64,000 nt of DNA from an uncultured delta proteobacterium (lineage in GTDB: Bacteria; Desulfobacterota; Desulfuromonadia; Geobacterales; DSM-12255), in the NCBI GenBank assembly GCA_963787125.1, contig CAWBBV010000001.1:288001-352000 (forward strand), read 5' to 3'. The first letter of the stretch is position 1, and each line of letters starts with the position of its first letter. Under the pieces are notes generated by a model. The model had not been told where the DNA came from. It was given only the letters and a program-made list of their open reading frames with translations, and searched no databases. A program made the position numbers and the translations under genes. Below are positions 44,141 through 54,836 of this stretch, piece by piece.

Positions 44141-44709
44141 GGTGGTCTTTGATGTATCACAAAAAACAGATAATCTGCTTTTTACTGCTCCTGGCAGTTA
44201 CCAGCGTAGTTCCTTTGTCACGCCCTGTTTATGGGGGTGACAAAGGAACTACGGGGAAGATAACCCTGCTTCAGGACCACAAATATTTTGATGCCTTGAT
44301 CAGCGGTATTCGTAAGGCCAAAAAGGATATAGTCGGCTGCTTTTTTCTTTTCAAGGCGTCGGAGCATAAAGGTGATCAGCCCATGATGATTGTACGTGAG
44401 CTGATTGCGGCGCAAAAACGAGGCGTAACTGTTTCCATAGAGCTTGAGCAGGCGGCTACCGGTAAAGGTGCCATTTATGAGCAGAATCGCAAGGCTGCGA
44501 CTATGATGGCAGAAGCCGGAGTCAAGGTGCGCTTTGATACTCCGAAGACGACGACTCATGTAAAGGCGCTGGTCATTGACGGCCGCTACCTTTATATAGG
44601 CAGCCATAACCTCACCCAGAGTGCCCTTAAATACAACAATGAACTTTCTGTCATGATCGACTCGACCAAACTGGCAGAGGAGGTTACTGCTTACCTGAAT
44701 AATCTTTAA
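44137..44709 (+). CDS. Exported phospholipase D-family (Nuc-like) single-HKD protein
   Basis: [13 protein letters not shown] motif, signal peptide; start TTG 44137 (overlapping dnaJ stop) or ATG 44152. Confidence 0.85.
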   Translation: MRWSLMYHKKQIICFLLLLAVTSVVPLSRPVYGGDKGTTGKITLLQDHKYFDALISGIRKAKKDIVGCFFLFKASEHKGDQPMMIVRELIAAQKRGVTVSIELEQAATGKGAIYEQNRKAATMMAEAGVKVRFDTPKTTTHVKALVIDGRYLYIGSHNLTQSALKYNNELSVMIDSTKLAEEVTAYLNNL

Positions 44710-44744
44710 CTGGCACTAACGGTTTTAATTTGCGATAATAGTCC

Positions 44745-46757
44745 ATGTTTTTCCAGAAACTCGTCCAGACTTTCCCCATGATTCTCCTTCCGCTTCTTGC
44801 AACTACAGCTATTGCTGCAGATGCTCCACCGGCGCTCCACGACGCCACAATAATTCTTGATTCATTAATACTGATCGCACTTGTTTTTGTTCTCTTTACT
44901 TTGCGAAAGAGATTTTTACCCGGAGCTAAACTGCGAAAAGGCGGTTATCGGGCGATGCTGGTCGATAGACGCAGGCGCATGGCTGAAAAAAAAGATCTCA
45001 AGGCGAGTGAGGAGCGCTACAAGGCTTTTATCACCATGAGTAAAGAAGGAATTTGGCGTGGTGATGTGCGTCCTCCTATTGATATTACCCTTCCGGTGGA
45101 GGAGCAGGTTGCAGCTTTTATCGAAAACCTGATGATCGTTGAGTGCAATGACGCTCTTGCACGCATCTACGGATTCGAGCGGGCTGAACAACTCATCGGG
45201 CGACGAACCAGAGAGTTTTACGATCTGGAGAAAATTGACGAAGTGCTCGATATCCTGGTGAAAAGCAACTATGCCCTGGCTGATTACGAAACCCGTCAGT
45301 TTGATCGGCACGGCAATCAGATCTGGCTCGCTTCGTCAATTACAGGGATTGTCAAGAACGGCAAGATTGGTCGCGTCTGGGGGATACGGCGTGATATTTC
45401 CGAGAAAAAACGCCAGCTGGAAGCGCTTGAATATCAGGCGAACCACGATTCGCTCACCGGTCTGCCTAACCGGTTTTATCTCAAGCAGCAATTGGAAAAG
45501 CATCTTGAAATGCTGGAAGATCACGGCCAGGTTGCCCTGTTCATGCTCGATCTTGATCGTTTTAAAGAAGTTAACGATACCCTGAGCCATCATGCGGGTG
45601 ATCTGCTGCTGATTGAGTTTGCCAAAAGGTTGCAGAATGTTCTCGCCGGGGTTGGTGGAGAGATAGCCAGGCTTGGTGGCGATGAGTTCGCAATTATTTA
45701 TACCAGGGTGCGCAATGAGCGGGATATCCTCTGGCTTGCAGAGTTGATGCTCCGCACCATGCAGTCGCCGTTTGATATTGAAAATATCAAGGTTGAGATC
45801 GAAGCAAGTATGGGCATAGCTGTTGCTCCCGAACATGGCGTTACCATGGCGAGCCTGCTTAGATGTGCTGATGTGGCTATGTATCGAGCTAAAAAGGAGA
45901 TGAAGCGCTACTGTCTCTACAGTCCGGAACACGATCCATATACTCCCGAACGGCTTGCTCTTATGAATGATCTGGGGCGGGCAATACGAGCAAGTCAGCT
46001 GGATATTCATTTTCAGCCAAAGATCAATCTGACCGAAGGAGGTCTGGCAGGATTTGAGGCTTTGGTCAGATGGAATCACCCTGAAAGGGGGATGCTCATG
46101 CCTGCCGAATTCATCCCTTTTGCCGAGATAGGTGATCTCATCGTCCCTCTTACTTATCAGGTGATCGAGAAGGCCATCCGCCAGCTTAAAACGTGGAACG
46201 ATCTTGGTATCAAGACATCAATAGCCTGCAACCTTTCTACTCGCCTGCTGATGGATGAGGACCTTCCATATCACATCGAAGCGTTTCTAAGTTCCTATGG
46301 AGTCAATCCAGCCTGTCTCGAGCTGGAGATCACCGAAACTGCGCTTATCTCGGAGCCTGACAGGGCCAGAGAAATTTTGATCCGGATAAGCGATTTGGGG
46401 ATAAGGTTGTCAATTGACGATTACGGAACAGGCTACTCATCACTGTCGTTGCTGAAAAGCCTGCCACTGAATGCGTTGAAGATAGATCTTCTTTTTATCA
46501 GTCAGATGCTCAAGAGTGAACAGGATGCGATTATTGTCTCATCGACAGTGACTCTGGCACACAACCTGGGACTGAAGGTTGTCGCGGAAGGGGTTGAATG
46601 TCGGGAAACACTCAACAAGCTCAAGGAGATCGGCTGTGACCATGCGCAGGGGTATTTTATCGGTCTTCCCATGTGTGCCGAGGTTGCAACTGAATGGCTG
46701 ACCAGGCAGCTCGCCACCAGCCCGTGCCGTGAAAGATGGGTTGTAGCAGTTAACTGA
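44745..46757 (+). CDS. PAS-GGDEF-EAL diguanylate cyclase/phosphodiesterase
   Basis: RLGGDEF, FEALVRW, LEITE, IDDYGTGYSSL; N-terminal hydrophobic segments. Confidence 0.92.
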   Translation: MFFQKLVQTFPMILLPLLATTAIAADAPPALHDATIILDSLILIALVFVLFTLRKRFLPGAKLRKGGYRAMLVDRRRRMAEKKDLKASEERYKAFITMSKEGIWRGDVRPPIDITLPVEEQVAAFIENLMIVECNDALARIYGFERAEQLIGRRTREFYDLEKIDEVLDILVKSNYALADYETRQFDRHGNQIWLASSITGIVKNGKIGRVWGIRRDISEKKRQLEALEYQANHDSLTGLPNRFYLKQQLEKHLEMLEDHGQVALFMLDLDRFKEVNDTLSHHAGDLLLIEFAKRLQNVLAGVGGEIARLGGDEFAIIYTRVRNERDILWLAELMLRTMQSPFDIENIKVEIEASMGIAVAPEHGVTMASLLRCADVAMYRAKKEMKRYCLYSPEHDPYTPERLALMNDLGRAIRASQLDIHFQPKINLTEGGLAGFEALVRWNHPERGMLMPAEFIPFAEIGDLIVPLTYQVIEKAIRQLKTWNDLGIKTSIACNLSTRLLMDEDLPYHIEAFLSSYGVNPACLELEITETALISEPDRAREILIRISDLGIRLSIDDYGTGYSSLSLLKSLPLNALKIDLLFISQMLKSEQDAIIVSSTVTLAHNLGLKVVAEGVECRETLNKLKEIGCDHAQGYFIGLPMCAEVATEWLTRQLATSPCRERWVVAVN

Positions 46758-46783
46758 ATTTAGAAAGCTATAGCTATTTGTAG

Positions 46784-47674
46784 TTAGCCGTTCCTTGTTA
46801 AAAAAGCAGTTATCAAAGGGATTGCTTCATCCTTAACGTCCTCCAGAATGTAATGCCCACCTTTTTCCCATGAATGAACCTCTGCCGCCGGGAAACGTGC
46901 CTGCCACTCCTTAAGAAAGTGCCGGTCAAAGACAAAATCCTGTTCACCCCAGAGAATCAACAGCGGCAACTGCCGGAACTGTTCAAGGCCAGCTGCCGTG
47001 CTGGTGACAATGTCATAGCCACGGTCACCAGGTTTAAGCGGAATGTCCTGAACAAAGCGGAGTGTAGCGATGCGATTTTGCCAGGAATCGTAAGGGAGGC
47101 AGTAGAGTTTTTGCAACTCAATCGGCATGGGATTTATTTTACAGCCAACTTGGGCCGCCCCTTTGGCAAAAGCATTAAAACCCCTCACCAGGATGGCGCC
47201 GATAACAGAGTCACGGCAGATACGTAACCCCAGCGGGAGCGGCTTTGTTTTGGGCAGATGAAAGGCCGCTGTGTTGAGGATGACAAGGCGTGCCACAAGG
47301 TGGGGATGACGAACAGCCCAGCCCATGCCGATCATTCCACCCCAGTCATGAACTACCAGAGTGATCTTCTCTTTCAGGTCGAGACTGTCAATAAGCCGCT
47401 CCAGATCGGCAACCCGACTGGAGAGCGTATATTCGTAGCGATCGTCACCAGGTTTATCGGAAAAACCGCAACCGATATGATCAGGAACAATGCAGCGGTG
47501 GTCTTTGCTCAGAGCTTTGACAAGATTGCGGTAGTAAAAAGACCATGAAGGATTGCCGTGAACCATGACAACAGGAGAACCGGTACCTTCGTCAAGGTAA
47601 TGGTATTTAAGGCCGTCCAGGTCCAGATATTTGCCTCTGAAAGGGTATTCAGAGTTGATTGAGTGTGTCACCAT
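46784..47674 (-). CDS. oleB: OleB-like alpha/beta hydrolase (beta-lactone decarboxylase, haloalkane dehalogenase subfamily III)
   Basis: HGNPSWSFYYR, VHDWGG, GHYILED; overlaps oleA stop. Confidence 0.85.
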   Translation of the reverse strand: MVTHSINSEYPFRGKYLDLDGLKYHYLDEGTGSPVVMVHGNPSWSFYYRNLVKALSKDHRCIVPDHIGCGFSDKPGDDRYEYTLSSRVADLERLIDSLDLKEKITLVVHDWGGMIGMGWAVRHPHLVARLVILNTAAFHLPKTKPLPLGLRICRDSVIGAILVRGFNAFAKGAAQVGCKINPMPIELQKLYCLPYDSWQNRIATLRFVQDIPLKPGDRGYDIVTSTAAGLEQFRQLPLLILWGEQDFVFDRHFLKEWQARFPAAEVHSWEKGGHYILEDVKDEAIPLITAFLTRNG

Positions 47675-48711
47675 TCCACCCCGAGCATCAAGCAGTTGAG
47701 GCCGCTTCCAATTCCCAGCAAGCTGACTCGTTCACCGGGGAGAATTTCCTCACGCTCGTCAGCGATTGCCAGAGTCAACGGCAGGGAGACAGTACCCATG
47801 TTACCGAGATATTCAAAGGTAGTAAAATCCTTGCCAGCCGGAATCCCGAGGGTTTTAAGAATCGCACTCTGATGTGCTGAACCGACCTGATGACAAACTA
47901 CTCGATCAACGTCGCCGGAATTCCATCCCATTTCAGGTAGAAATGCCGCCCAGGTGCGTCGTCCCAGCTCAACACCAAAGTTCATAACATTTACCGCATC
48001 GGTTGACATCTGCTGAATATATTTGCCGTTGCCGTCCGGAGCTACTCCCCAGAGACAAAGGCGGTGATGTTCCGGTGCGGCTTTTGTGATTCCGCCGATC
48101 AGTCGATGTCGGCCATTGACGGAAAAAGTTCCGTCTGTCAAAAGGACAGCCACAGCGCCGGAACCGCCTGTCAAGGTGGCAACCGAAGAAGCGAACTGCA
48201 CCATGCTGCGTTCAGCCAGCATTCGTTCAATCATGATGTCATTGATTTCGCGGGCACTTTCACAGGAGACAACCAGTCCAGCTCTTATCTGGCCGAGCTC
48301 TATCCGGTTGGCAATTTCCAGAATTCCGTTCAGCACCCCGAGACAGGCGTTGGAGATGTCAAAGATTGCGGCATCTCCGCCGATTCCGAGTGTCGCTGCA
48401 ACACGACAGGCAGTTGCCGGTTCGAACTGCTCGCGACAGACTCCGGTGTAGATCAGCGCACCGATATCCTCAGGGAGAACTCCGGCGCTTTCCATTGCTT
48501 TTTTGCCGGCAGCGGCCGCCCCCTGGGAAAGGGGATAACCCGGTTCCCACCAGCGCCTTTCACGAATGCCGGTGAGTGCCTGAAGTTGGCCGGGAGCAAA
48601 GCGTAGCGCCTTGTAGAGCGGCTCGAGACGGCCTTCCAATTCTGAGGATGTAACGACTACCGGTGCCAGTTCATAGCCAAGGGAAGTTATGTGCACTTTG
48701 GAGTACTTCAT
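47668..48711 (-). CDS. oleA: OleA thiolase-fold acyl-CoA condensing enzyme
   Basis: GIRERRWW, GVCREQFEPATA, NACLG, HQVG, GNMG, C-terminal LGIGSGLNC..GVEW. Confidence 0.88.
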   Translation of the reverse strand: MKYSKVHITSLGYELAPVVVTSSELEGRLEPLYKALRFAPGQLQALTGIRERRWWEPGYPLSQGAAAAGKKAMESAGVLPEDIGALIYTGVCREQFEPATACRVAATLGIGGDAAIFDISNACLGVLNGILEIANRIELGQIRAGLVVSCESAREINDIMIERMLAERSMVQFASSVATLTGGSGAVAVLLTDGTFSVNGRHRLIGGITKAAPEHHRLCLWGVAPDGNGKYIQQMSTDAVNVMNFGVELGRRTWAAFLPEMGWNSGDVDRVVCHQVGSAHQSAILKTLGIPAGKDFTTFEYLGNMGTVSLPLTLAIADEREEILPGERVSLLGIGSGLNCLMLGVEW

Positions 48712-48808
48712 GATTCTCCTGTAAAAATATAAACTTGCCGTCCAATGAGAAGAAGTTTCTTATTGCTTTAAGTCCTGGTCTCGAATTTTACGGAAGCTAT
48801 TTATGGGG

Positions 48809-48864
48809 CATGGGTGAGACCGACTATGTGGCATATTAATGCCAAATAGCCGGTCTCACCCATG
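48809..48864. repeat. 26-bp-arm inverted repeat between cheY and oleA
   Basis: catgggtgagaccgactatgtggcat-atta-atgccaaatagccggtctcacccatg, 24/26 complementary. Confidence 0.8.
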
Positions 48865-48920
48865 ATTGCTTAGATAAAAGCCAGAGGAATCTAGCACAAT
48901 GAAGAAATGATGTGAAGAGT

Positions 48921-49295
48921 TTATACCTTCAGTACTTTCCGAACGCTGTTAACAATGCTTTGTGGTGTGAAAGGTTTGCAGATGTAACCGTCTGCACCTG
49001 CTTCAGCAACCAGTTTGATAAGTTCATCCTCGCTTTTGGAGGAGATGAAGATGATTGGAATATCCTTACTAAAGTCCTTCTCTTTGAGAAGCTTAGCTTT
49101 TTTGTTGCCGTCAAGCAGCGGCATCATGATATCGAGGATAATCAGATCAGGTCTGCTGTTTGATGAAAAAATGTAGCTGTTTGCCTCGATGCCGTTAGTT
49201 GCTGTGTAAACATCATACTCTGCAGCTTTCAGGGCATCACTTGCCATGGCAAGCACCAAAGGACTGTCGTCTATTACCAGTATTTTTTGTGACAC
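48921..49295 (-). CDS. Single-domain response regulator (CheY-like)
   Basis: VIDDS, ILDIMMP and YICKPF motifs. Confidence 0.9.
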   Translation of the reverse strand: MSQKILVIDDSPLVLAMASDALKAAEYDVYTATNGIEANSYIFSSNSRPDLIILDIMMPLLDGNKKAKLLKEKDFSKDIPIIFISSKSEDELIKLVAEAGADGYICKPFTPQSIVNSVRKVLKV

Positions 49296-49309
49296 TTAAA
49301 GCCTCCTTG

Positions 49310-50329
49310 TTAACAATTGAAAATCTTCATAACAGCTTCAGGTATCTCTTCCAGTGAAAGTACCTCTTCAGCGGCATTAATTGCAATAGCAGCTTTTGGC
49401 ATACCAAAAACAGCAGAGCTTTTCTCATCTTGAGCTATTGTTGCTGCGCCGCTGAGCTTCAGCCGCAGCAGGCCCTGCGCGCCGTCACGCCCCATTCCGG
49501 TCAGGAGCAGGCCGAGTGTTTCGCTTCCAAGATCCGGCGCCAGCGAGTTGAAAAATACATCAATAGAAGGTCTGCACGAGTTTACAGCGGGTGCATCAAC
49601 AAGTTTGATCACACCTTTTTCAATGACCATTTGACAATCGGTCGGCGCGACCAGAGCAGTCCCTGCCGTCGGGATGTCACCTGTTTCAGCGACACGCACG
49701 GAGATGTTGCTTTCAATATCAAGCCAGTGTGCAAAACCCTTTGCGAAGCCGGAAGAGATATGCTGGACAATGAATATTGCTCCGGAAAAATCTTGCGGAA
49801 GAGCTTTGACAATACTCATGACAGCTTTAGGCCCGCCGGTTGATGCGCCGATGGCAAGTATACTTCGGCGTGAGGAACTTGTGGTGGGTAAAACCATCAG
49901 CTCTTTTGATCTGCTGCGATGATGAATTACCTTTATGCGGGACAGGAGACGGATTTTTTCGAGAAGCTTTGTGACAAACTCGCGCTGATTGATACCGCCG
50001 CCAGCAGCAGGTTTTCCCATGACATCCAGCGCACCCTTCTTGATGGCAGTAAACGCAAGCTTTACATCTTTTTCATCCAGAGTTGCGGAGAGGATGAGAA
50101 TGGGTGTTGGTGTTTGCGCCATAATGGTTTCGGTCGCTTCCAGTCCACCCATGACAGGCATCAGAATATCCATGATAATGATATCAGGTTTCAGCGTAGC
50201 GGCCAGGGCAACTGCTTCGGCACCATTTATTGCTTCACCTACAACGGTCATATCGACCGCAGAATTAAGGGCATCACGGAGAACTGCTCTTACGAGGATA
50301 GAGTCATCAGCTATCAGAATTCGTATCAT
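49310..50329 (-). CDS. cheB: Chemotaxis methylesterase CheB
   Basis: REC domain plus GASTGGP, VQH and LTGMGRDG catalytic triad. Confidence 0.95.
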   Translation of the reverse strand: MIRILIADDSILVRAVLRDALNSAVDMTVVGEAINGAEAVALAATLKPDIIIMDILMPVMGGLEATETIMAQTPTPILILSATLDEKDVKLAFTAIKKGALDVMGKPAAGGGINQREFVTKLLEKIRLLSRIKVIHHRSRSKELMVLPTTSSSRRSILAIGASTGGPKAVMSIVKALPQDFSGAIFIVQHISSGFAKGFAHWLDIESNISVRVAETGDIPTAGTALVAPTDCQMVIEKGVIKLVDAPAVNSCRPSIDVFFNSLAPDLGSETLGLLLTGMGRDGAQGLLRLKLSGAATIAQDEKSSAVFGMPKAAIAINAAEEVLSLEEIPEAVMKIFNC

Positions 50330-50332
50330 TAT

Positions 50333-52384
50333 CTATCCTATCAATGTCTCGACAGTATCGAGGAGTGTGCCCTGCTCGAAGGCGCCTTTGACAATGTATG
50401 CCTGCGCACCGGCTTCTATGGCCTTTCTTTTATGCTCGTCCTTAGAGAGTGATGAAACGATGATGATCGGCACATTTTTGTACTCATCTATCGAGCGGAG
50501 GCGGGCAGTAAGCTCGAAACCGTTGAGGCCGGGCATCTCAACATCGGAAATTACCAGATCGAAGCTGGCGTTAGCAACCTTTTCAAGCGCGTCTTCGGCG
50601 GATATCGCTATTGTCACCTCATAGCGGTTTGCCACCAGGATACTTTTTTCCATAGTTCTTGTCGTGATGGAATCATCCACGACGAGAATATTCCCGCGTG
50701 AAACTATGGTTTGGCTCTTCTGAAGCGCCTTGCGGAGCCCGCCGTCGGCAACCCCCTCGGCAGTAGCGAAAATGTCGGGAACATCGAGGATCAGAGCAGG
50801 ATTGCCGTCACCCATAACAGTTGCGCCGAAAGTATGACGAACCTTTTTAAGCTGTCCGCCAAGACTCTTGACAACAACTTCAGATGTGCCGTGAGTACGA
50901 TCTATGGTGCAGGCAATCACCTGGTCTCGCTGTTTAAAGATAACTGCCGAGAGTTTGCCGTCAGTAATAGCAGTTTTCTCTTCTAAGCCGAGGATGGATG
51001 CTAAAGAGAATAGTGGTACGGTTGCATTTCTAACCGACAGGACCTCTTTACCGGCAACAGTCGCGATATCGGTACTGCGGATCTTCACGGTTTCCTGAAC
51101 ATATGAGAGCGGGATAGCATACTGCTCACCGCTACAGGAGATCATCAGGGCGTCAATTACTGCAAGAGTCAACGGCAGTGTCAACTGGATTTCCGTATAA
51201 ACGCCGACTTCGCTTCGGAGTGTCAGATTCCCCTTTACCTTTTCGATGTTCATTTTGACAACATCCATGCCGACACCGCGGCCTGAAATGTCTGTCACGA
51301 TTTCGCTGGTCGAAAATCCCTGTCTGAGTGTCAGATAAAGAGCCTCGTCATCCCGGAGCATCTCGGCTTCATCCTTATCGATAACCCCTCGGCGGAGCGC
51401 TGTTGCCTTTATTTTCTGGGGGTCCATCCCGGAGCCGTCGTCGCGAATTTCTATAACAACATTGTTCCCTTCATGATGTGCCGTAAGACGGATTGTGGCT
51501 TTTGCCGGTTTACCCCGGGCAAGCCTCTCTTCAGGTAGCTCAATGCCGTGGTCAACAGCATTGGTGAGCATATGGAGAAACATCGGTTTGAGGTTTTCCA
51601 GAAGGAGGCGATCAATTTCTATATGTTCTCCCCTGATCTCAAACTCGATCTCTTTTCCCTGGGCTTTTGCAAGATCACGCACCATCCTGATGAAACCTTC
51701 GGTGATAGTGCGCAGCGGCAGCATCCTGAGCGCCATCGCTTCAGCGTGAAGTTCCTGAATCAAGTAGCCAAGGTAGAGGACGTCTTCTTCAAGCGCCTGT
51801 TGAAACTCCATCAGTCTGTCTGTCTGAACGGTTGCGCCTGATAACCGGCCAAGCGCTTTCAACTCGTCGGATTTGTCCTCGAATCTCTTTTTATTGATAA
51901 TCAGTTCGCCCAGAAGGTTAACCAGGCTGTCCAGCGTTTTTACACTCGTTCGTACAGTATCGCCCAGCGCACCTGCCTCAGGTTTCTGCGTGTCAAGAAT
52001 CGCATCCGAGGTGGATATCCCCTGATCAAAAGCATCAATAAAGCGTTGCAGATCAATCGGTGAATCCATCCCTTTGGCAAGCGAGTCAGTCATCCTGCTG
52101 ATTGCGTCGGTGCCTTGCAGAAGAAGGTCAATGGAGTTTGTGTCAACTGAGCGTTCGCCATCCTCAATCTCCTTGAGAAAATCCTCCATCCGGTGGCCGA
52201 TAACGCTGATCTCTTCAAAGCCGAGCATTCGCGCCGAACCCTTCAGTGTATGGGCGTTGCGGAGCAACTCATGAACCAGCGGTTTGTTGTCCGGCTCCTT
52301 TTCCAGCACAAGGAGGTTTGTCTGGAGGGAGTCGATATGCTCCTGCGCTTCTTTAAGAAAAATATCGAGATACTTGATAGACAT
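50333..52384 (-). CDS. cheA: Hybrid CheA with C-terminal receiver domain
   Basis: Hpt AHTLKGSA, NAVDHGIE, SGRGVGMDVV, CheW-like domain, REC (VVDDS, ISDVEMP); short Hpt-dimerisation linker. Confidence 0.95.
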   Translation of the reverse strand: MSIKYLDIFLKEAQEHIDSLQTNLLVLEKEPDNKPLVHELLRNAHTLKGSARMLGFEEISVIGHRMEDFLKEIEDGERSVDTNSIDLLLQGTDAISRMTDSLAKGMDSPIDLQRFIDAFDQGISTSDAILDTQKPEAGALGDTVRTSVKTLDSLVNLLGELIINKKRFEDKSDELKALGRLSGATVQTDRLMEFQQALEEDVLYLGYLIQELHAEAMALRMLPLRTITEGFIRMVRDLAKAQGKEIEFEIRGEHIEIDRLLLENLKPMFLHMLTNAVDHGIELPEERLARGKPAKATIRLTAHHEGNNVVIEIRDDGSGMDPQKIKATALRRGVIDKDEAEMLRDDEALYLTLRQGFSTSEIVTDISGRGVGMDVVKMNIEKVKGNLTLRSEVGVYTEIQLTLPLTLAVIDALMISCSGEQYAIPLSYVQETVKIRSTDIATVAGKEVLSVRNATVPLFSLASILGLEEKTAITDGKLSAVIFKQRDQVIACTIDRTHGTSEVVVKSLGGQLKKVRHTFGATVMGDGNPALILDVPDIFATAEGVADGGLRKALQKSQTIVSRGNILVVDDSITTRTMEKSILVANRYEVTIAISAEDALEKVANASFDLVISDVEMPGLNGFELTARLRSIDEYKNVPIIIVSSLSKDEHKRKAIEAGAQAYIVKGAFEQGTLLDTVETLIG

Positions 52385-52427
52385 TGATATCCCTTTACAA
52401 GGTGGTTTTCATAGTGGTGAAATGGCT

Positions 52428-54164
52428 CTAAACGTCCTCTTCAGCGAGGGTTTGCAGCTTTTCCGTAAGGGCAATAATCTCCGATATGGCTCTTTCGGTC
52501 TCCTGGGCGCTGCCCGCAACCTGTTGGGCGACATCCCGGACTTCGGTCATCGTCTCCGCCATCTGCTCACAGGCAGAGGTCTGCTGCTGAGTCGAAAGGG
52601 TGATCTCTTTGGCGGAACGCGCCGTATCCTCTACCAATTCAATGATACTGTCAAAGGAGAGCTGCACCTTGTCGACCAGATGTGATGCAGAGTCAACAGC
52701 CTTGGTCCCCTCTTCTGTTACCATGATCGTTGAATTGGTAGCTTTCTGAATCTCTTCGATAAGCCCCTTGATCTGTCTGGTCGCTTCAACAGTTCGCTCT
52801 GCAAGCCGTCTCACCTCCTGGGCAACAATGGCAAAGCGCTTACCCGATTCGCCTGCGCCGGCCGCTTCGATGGCAGCGTTAAGGGCAAGCAGGTTCGTCT
52901 GGTCGCTGATTTCGTCGATGATTTCAACAATACCGCCAATCTTCTGGCTGTTATCGCCAAGCTTGAGCATGCTTTCGGCAATGCTTTGAACCTGCTGCCG
53001 CAGTACCGACATCCCGTTGATGGCGTTACTGACTTCATCAGTCCCTTTGTGGCAGCTCTGGCTGGTAGATTCGGCAATCTTCTCGACAGAAACGGCATTT
53101 GCGGTTATCTGTTTGGCGGTAATGGCAATCTCCTCCGAGGTCGTCGTCACCTCCTGCACGGCAGCGGCCTGCTCAGTGGAGCCGGAAGACTGCTGGACGC
53201 TTATCGCCATCATCGCGTTGGCCGAGCTGGAGAGATGGATAATTGCGTCCTTGATGGAAGCCATCAGGCGGTTACTCTTTTCTACCTCGGCTCTCATACT
53301 CTTAACAATAACGGTTGTCATTTTGTTGAAGGCTTCAGCTAGAGTGCCGATTTCGTCATTGCTCTCCACGGGAGCCACTTCATCAAGGTTCCCATCAGCT
53401 ATCCGCCGAGCTGCCTGGGTAAGGCGATGCAGTGGGCGGGTATAGCGACGTACAACAACGTAGATGGTGAAGCTGGCAACGAGGAGCATGAACAGCATGG
53501 CGACGATAATCTGTGTTTTTAGCTCGGCTATCTTCTTTTCGGTTTTTTCCATGGAGAAGCCTATCCTGAACCCCCCCCAGTGCTTCCCTTTGACAAATAC
53601 CGGCACAGAGATGTCCCACATCTTCTCTCCGGTGTCGCGGGCATAGACCTGCTTTAACAGCTCTTTTTCGTTCTTGGCAGCCGCAAGTCCGACAGGGTCG
53701 TTGAAGAGTCTCTTTGTCCGGTTGCCGACCTTGTCTTTTTCTTTATCTCCGGTCAGCGGCTTTGTATATTTACTGTTATGGGTGGGGAGGTAACCGTTCC
53801 TGTCGACCAGAGCGGCAAAAACGACCTGATCATCCTTCAGGTATTCATCCTCTATCGCAAGAATCAGCTTGTCGAAATGCTTATCATATCTGGTAGTGTA
53901 CTTCTGCGGGTCGGTATTCGGGATCGGCTGGTAATTAGTGTCGAAGATCTCTTCCATAATCAAACTGCCGCTTGCCAACTGTTCTTCCATAATCCTTTCC
54001 ATCATCTTGGCGCCAATAAGAGCCTCGATCTTCCCTTTAGCGAGAAGTTCTTCCTCCATGTTTTCGCTGCGCGAATGCACGAAATAGATGGTGAAAATGG
54101 ACATAATCACAACCATGACCATAATCAGGATTCCTGCAATTTTGATCGATAACTTTTGAGACAT
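52428..54164 (-). CDS. Methyl-accepting chemotaxis protein
   Basis: Two TMs, periplasmic domain, [18 protein letters not shown] signalling tip. Confidence 0.95.
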   Translation of the reverse strand: MSQKLSIKIAGILIMVMVVIMSIFTIYFVHSRSENMEEELLAKGKIEALIGAKMMERIMEEQLASGSLIMEEIFDTNYQPIPNTDPQKYTTRYDKHFDKLILAIEDEYLKDDQVVFAALVDRNGYLPTHNSKYTKPLTGDKEKDKVGNRTKRLFNDPVGLAAAKNEKELLKQVYARDTGEKMWDISVPVFVKGKHWGGFRIGFSMEKTEKKIAELKTQIIVAMLFMLLVASFTIYVVVRRYTRPLHRLTQAARRIADGNLDEVAPVESNDEIGTLAEAFNKMTTVIVKSMRAEVEKSNRLMASIKDAIIHLSSSANAMMAISVQQSSGSTEQAAAVQEVTTTSEEIAITAKQITANAVSVEKIAESTSQSCHKGTDEVSNAINGMSVLRQQVQSIAESMLKLGDNSQKIGGIVEIIDEISDQTNLLALNAAIEAAGAGESGKRFAIVAQEVRRLAERTVEATRQIKGLIEEIQKATNSTIMVTEEGTKAVDSASHLVDKVQLSFDSIIELVEDTARSAKEITLSTQQQTSACEQMAETMTEVRDVAQQVAGSAQETERAISEIIALTEKLQTLAEEDV

Positions 54165-54197
54165 GGCGGACTCCTTGGTAAATATGTATAAACAGCG

Positions 54198-54734
54198 TTA
54201 GTCGTTCATTACCAGTAATGGTGAGTCGAGCAGCCGCGCAATATCCAGCAGCATCAACATCTCGCCATTACGATTTATCTGGCCTCGCAGGAACTCGCGG
54301 GCGGAGGGGGCAACGGACTTAACAATCGGCTCGAACATCCCCAGCGGGAGTGAGTGAACACCCTGGACAGATTCAGTCAGGATTCCGGTTGTAAAGGTTT
54401 CCCCTTTTATAACTATTATCCGTGCCGAAGCTGTCAGGGCCGACGCGGCAATGCCGAGCAGCGGTCTTATGTCCATGGCGGCTATTATCTCGCCCCTCAG
54501 GTTAAAAATTCCGACTATCAAACTGTTGCTTCCCGGCAGTTTGACAAGTTTCGGTACCCGGATGACTTCAGCGGCAAAGCCGGTCTCAAAAGCGTACTCT
54601 TCGCCCCCCAGGGTAAAGGTGATACACTCCAGGAGTTCTTCCTGCTCCTCGGTCTTTTCAGAGAGACCCTGCCAGTACTCCTGGCGCATCTCATCGAGAA
54701 TGGAGCGAATATCATAGCTTCTATTGTCAGACAT
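54198..54734 (-). CDS. cheW: CheW adaptor
   Basis: GIFNLRGEI motif; ATG 54734 with GGGGAGAG RBS. Confidence 0.92.
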   Translation of the reverse strand: MSDNRSYDIRSILDEMRQEYWQGLSEKTEEQEELLECITFTLGGEEYAFETGFAAEVIRVPKLVKLPGSNSLIVGIFNLRGEIIAAMDIRPLLGIAASALTASARIIVIKGETFTTGILTESVQGVHSLPLGMFEPIVKSVAPSAREFLRGQINRNGEMLMLLDIARLLDSPLLVMND

Positions 54735-54836
54735 AATCTCTCCCCTGCTTATTAATGATGCCGATCTCAAATCAGAGCGACATCCTCGCTGGCTAGCCTG
54801 CGGCTCGTTGCTGGACTCTTTGATTTGATCCCGGAA

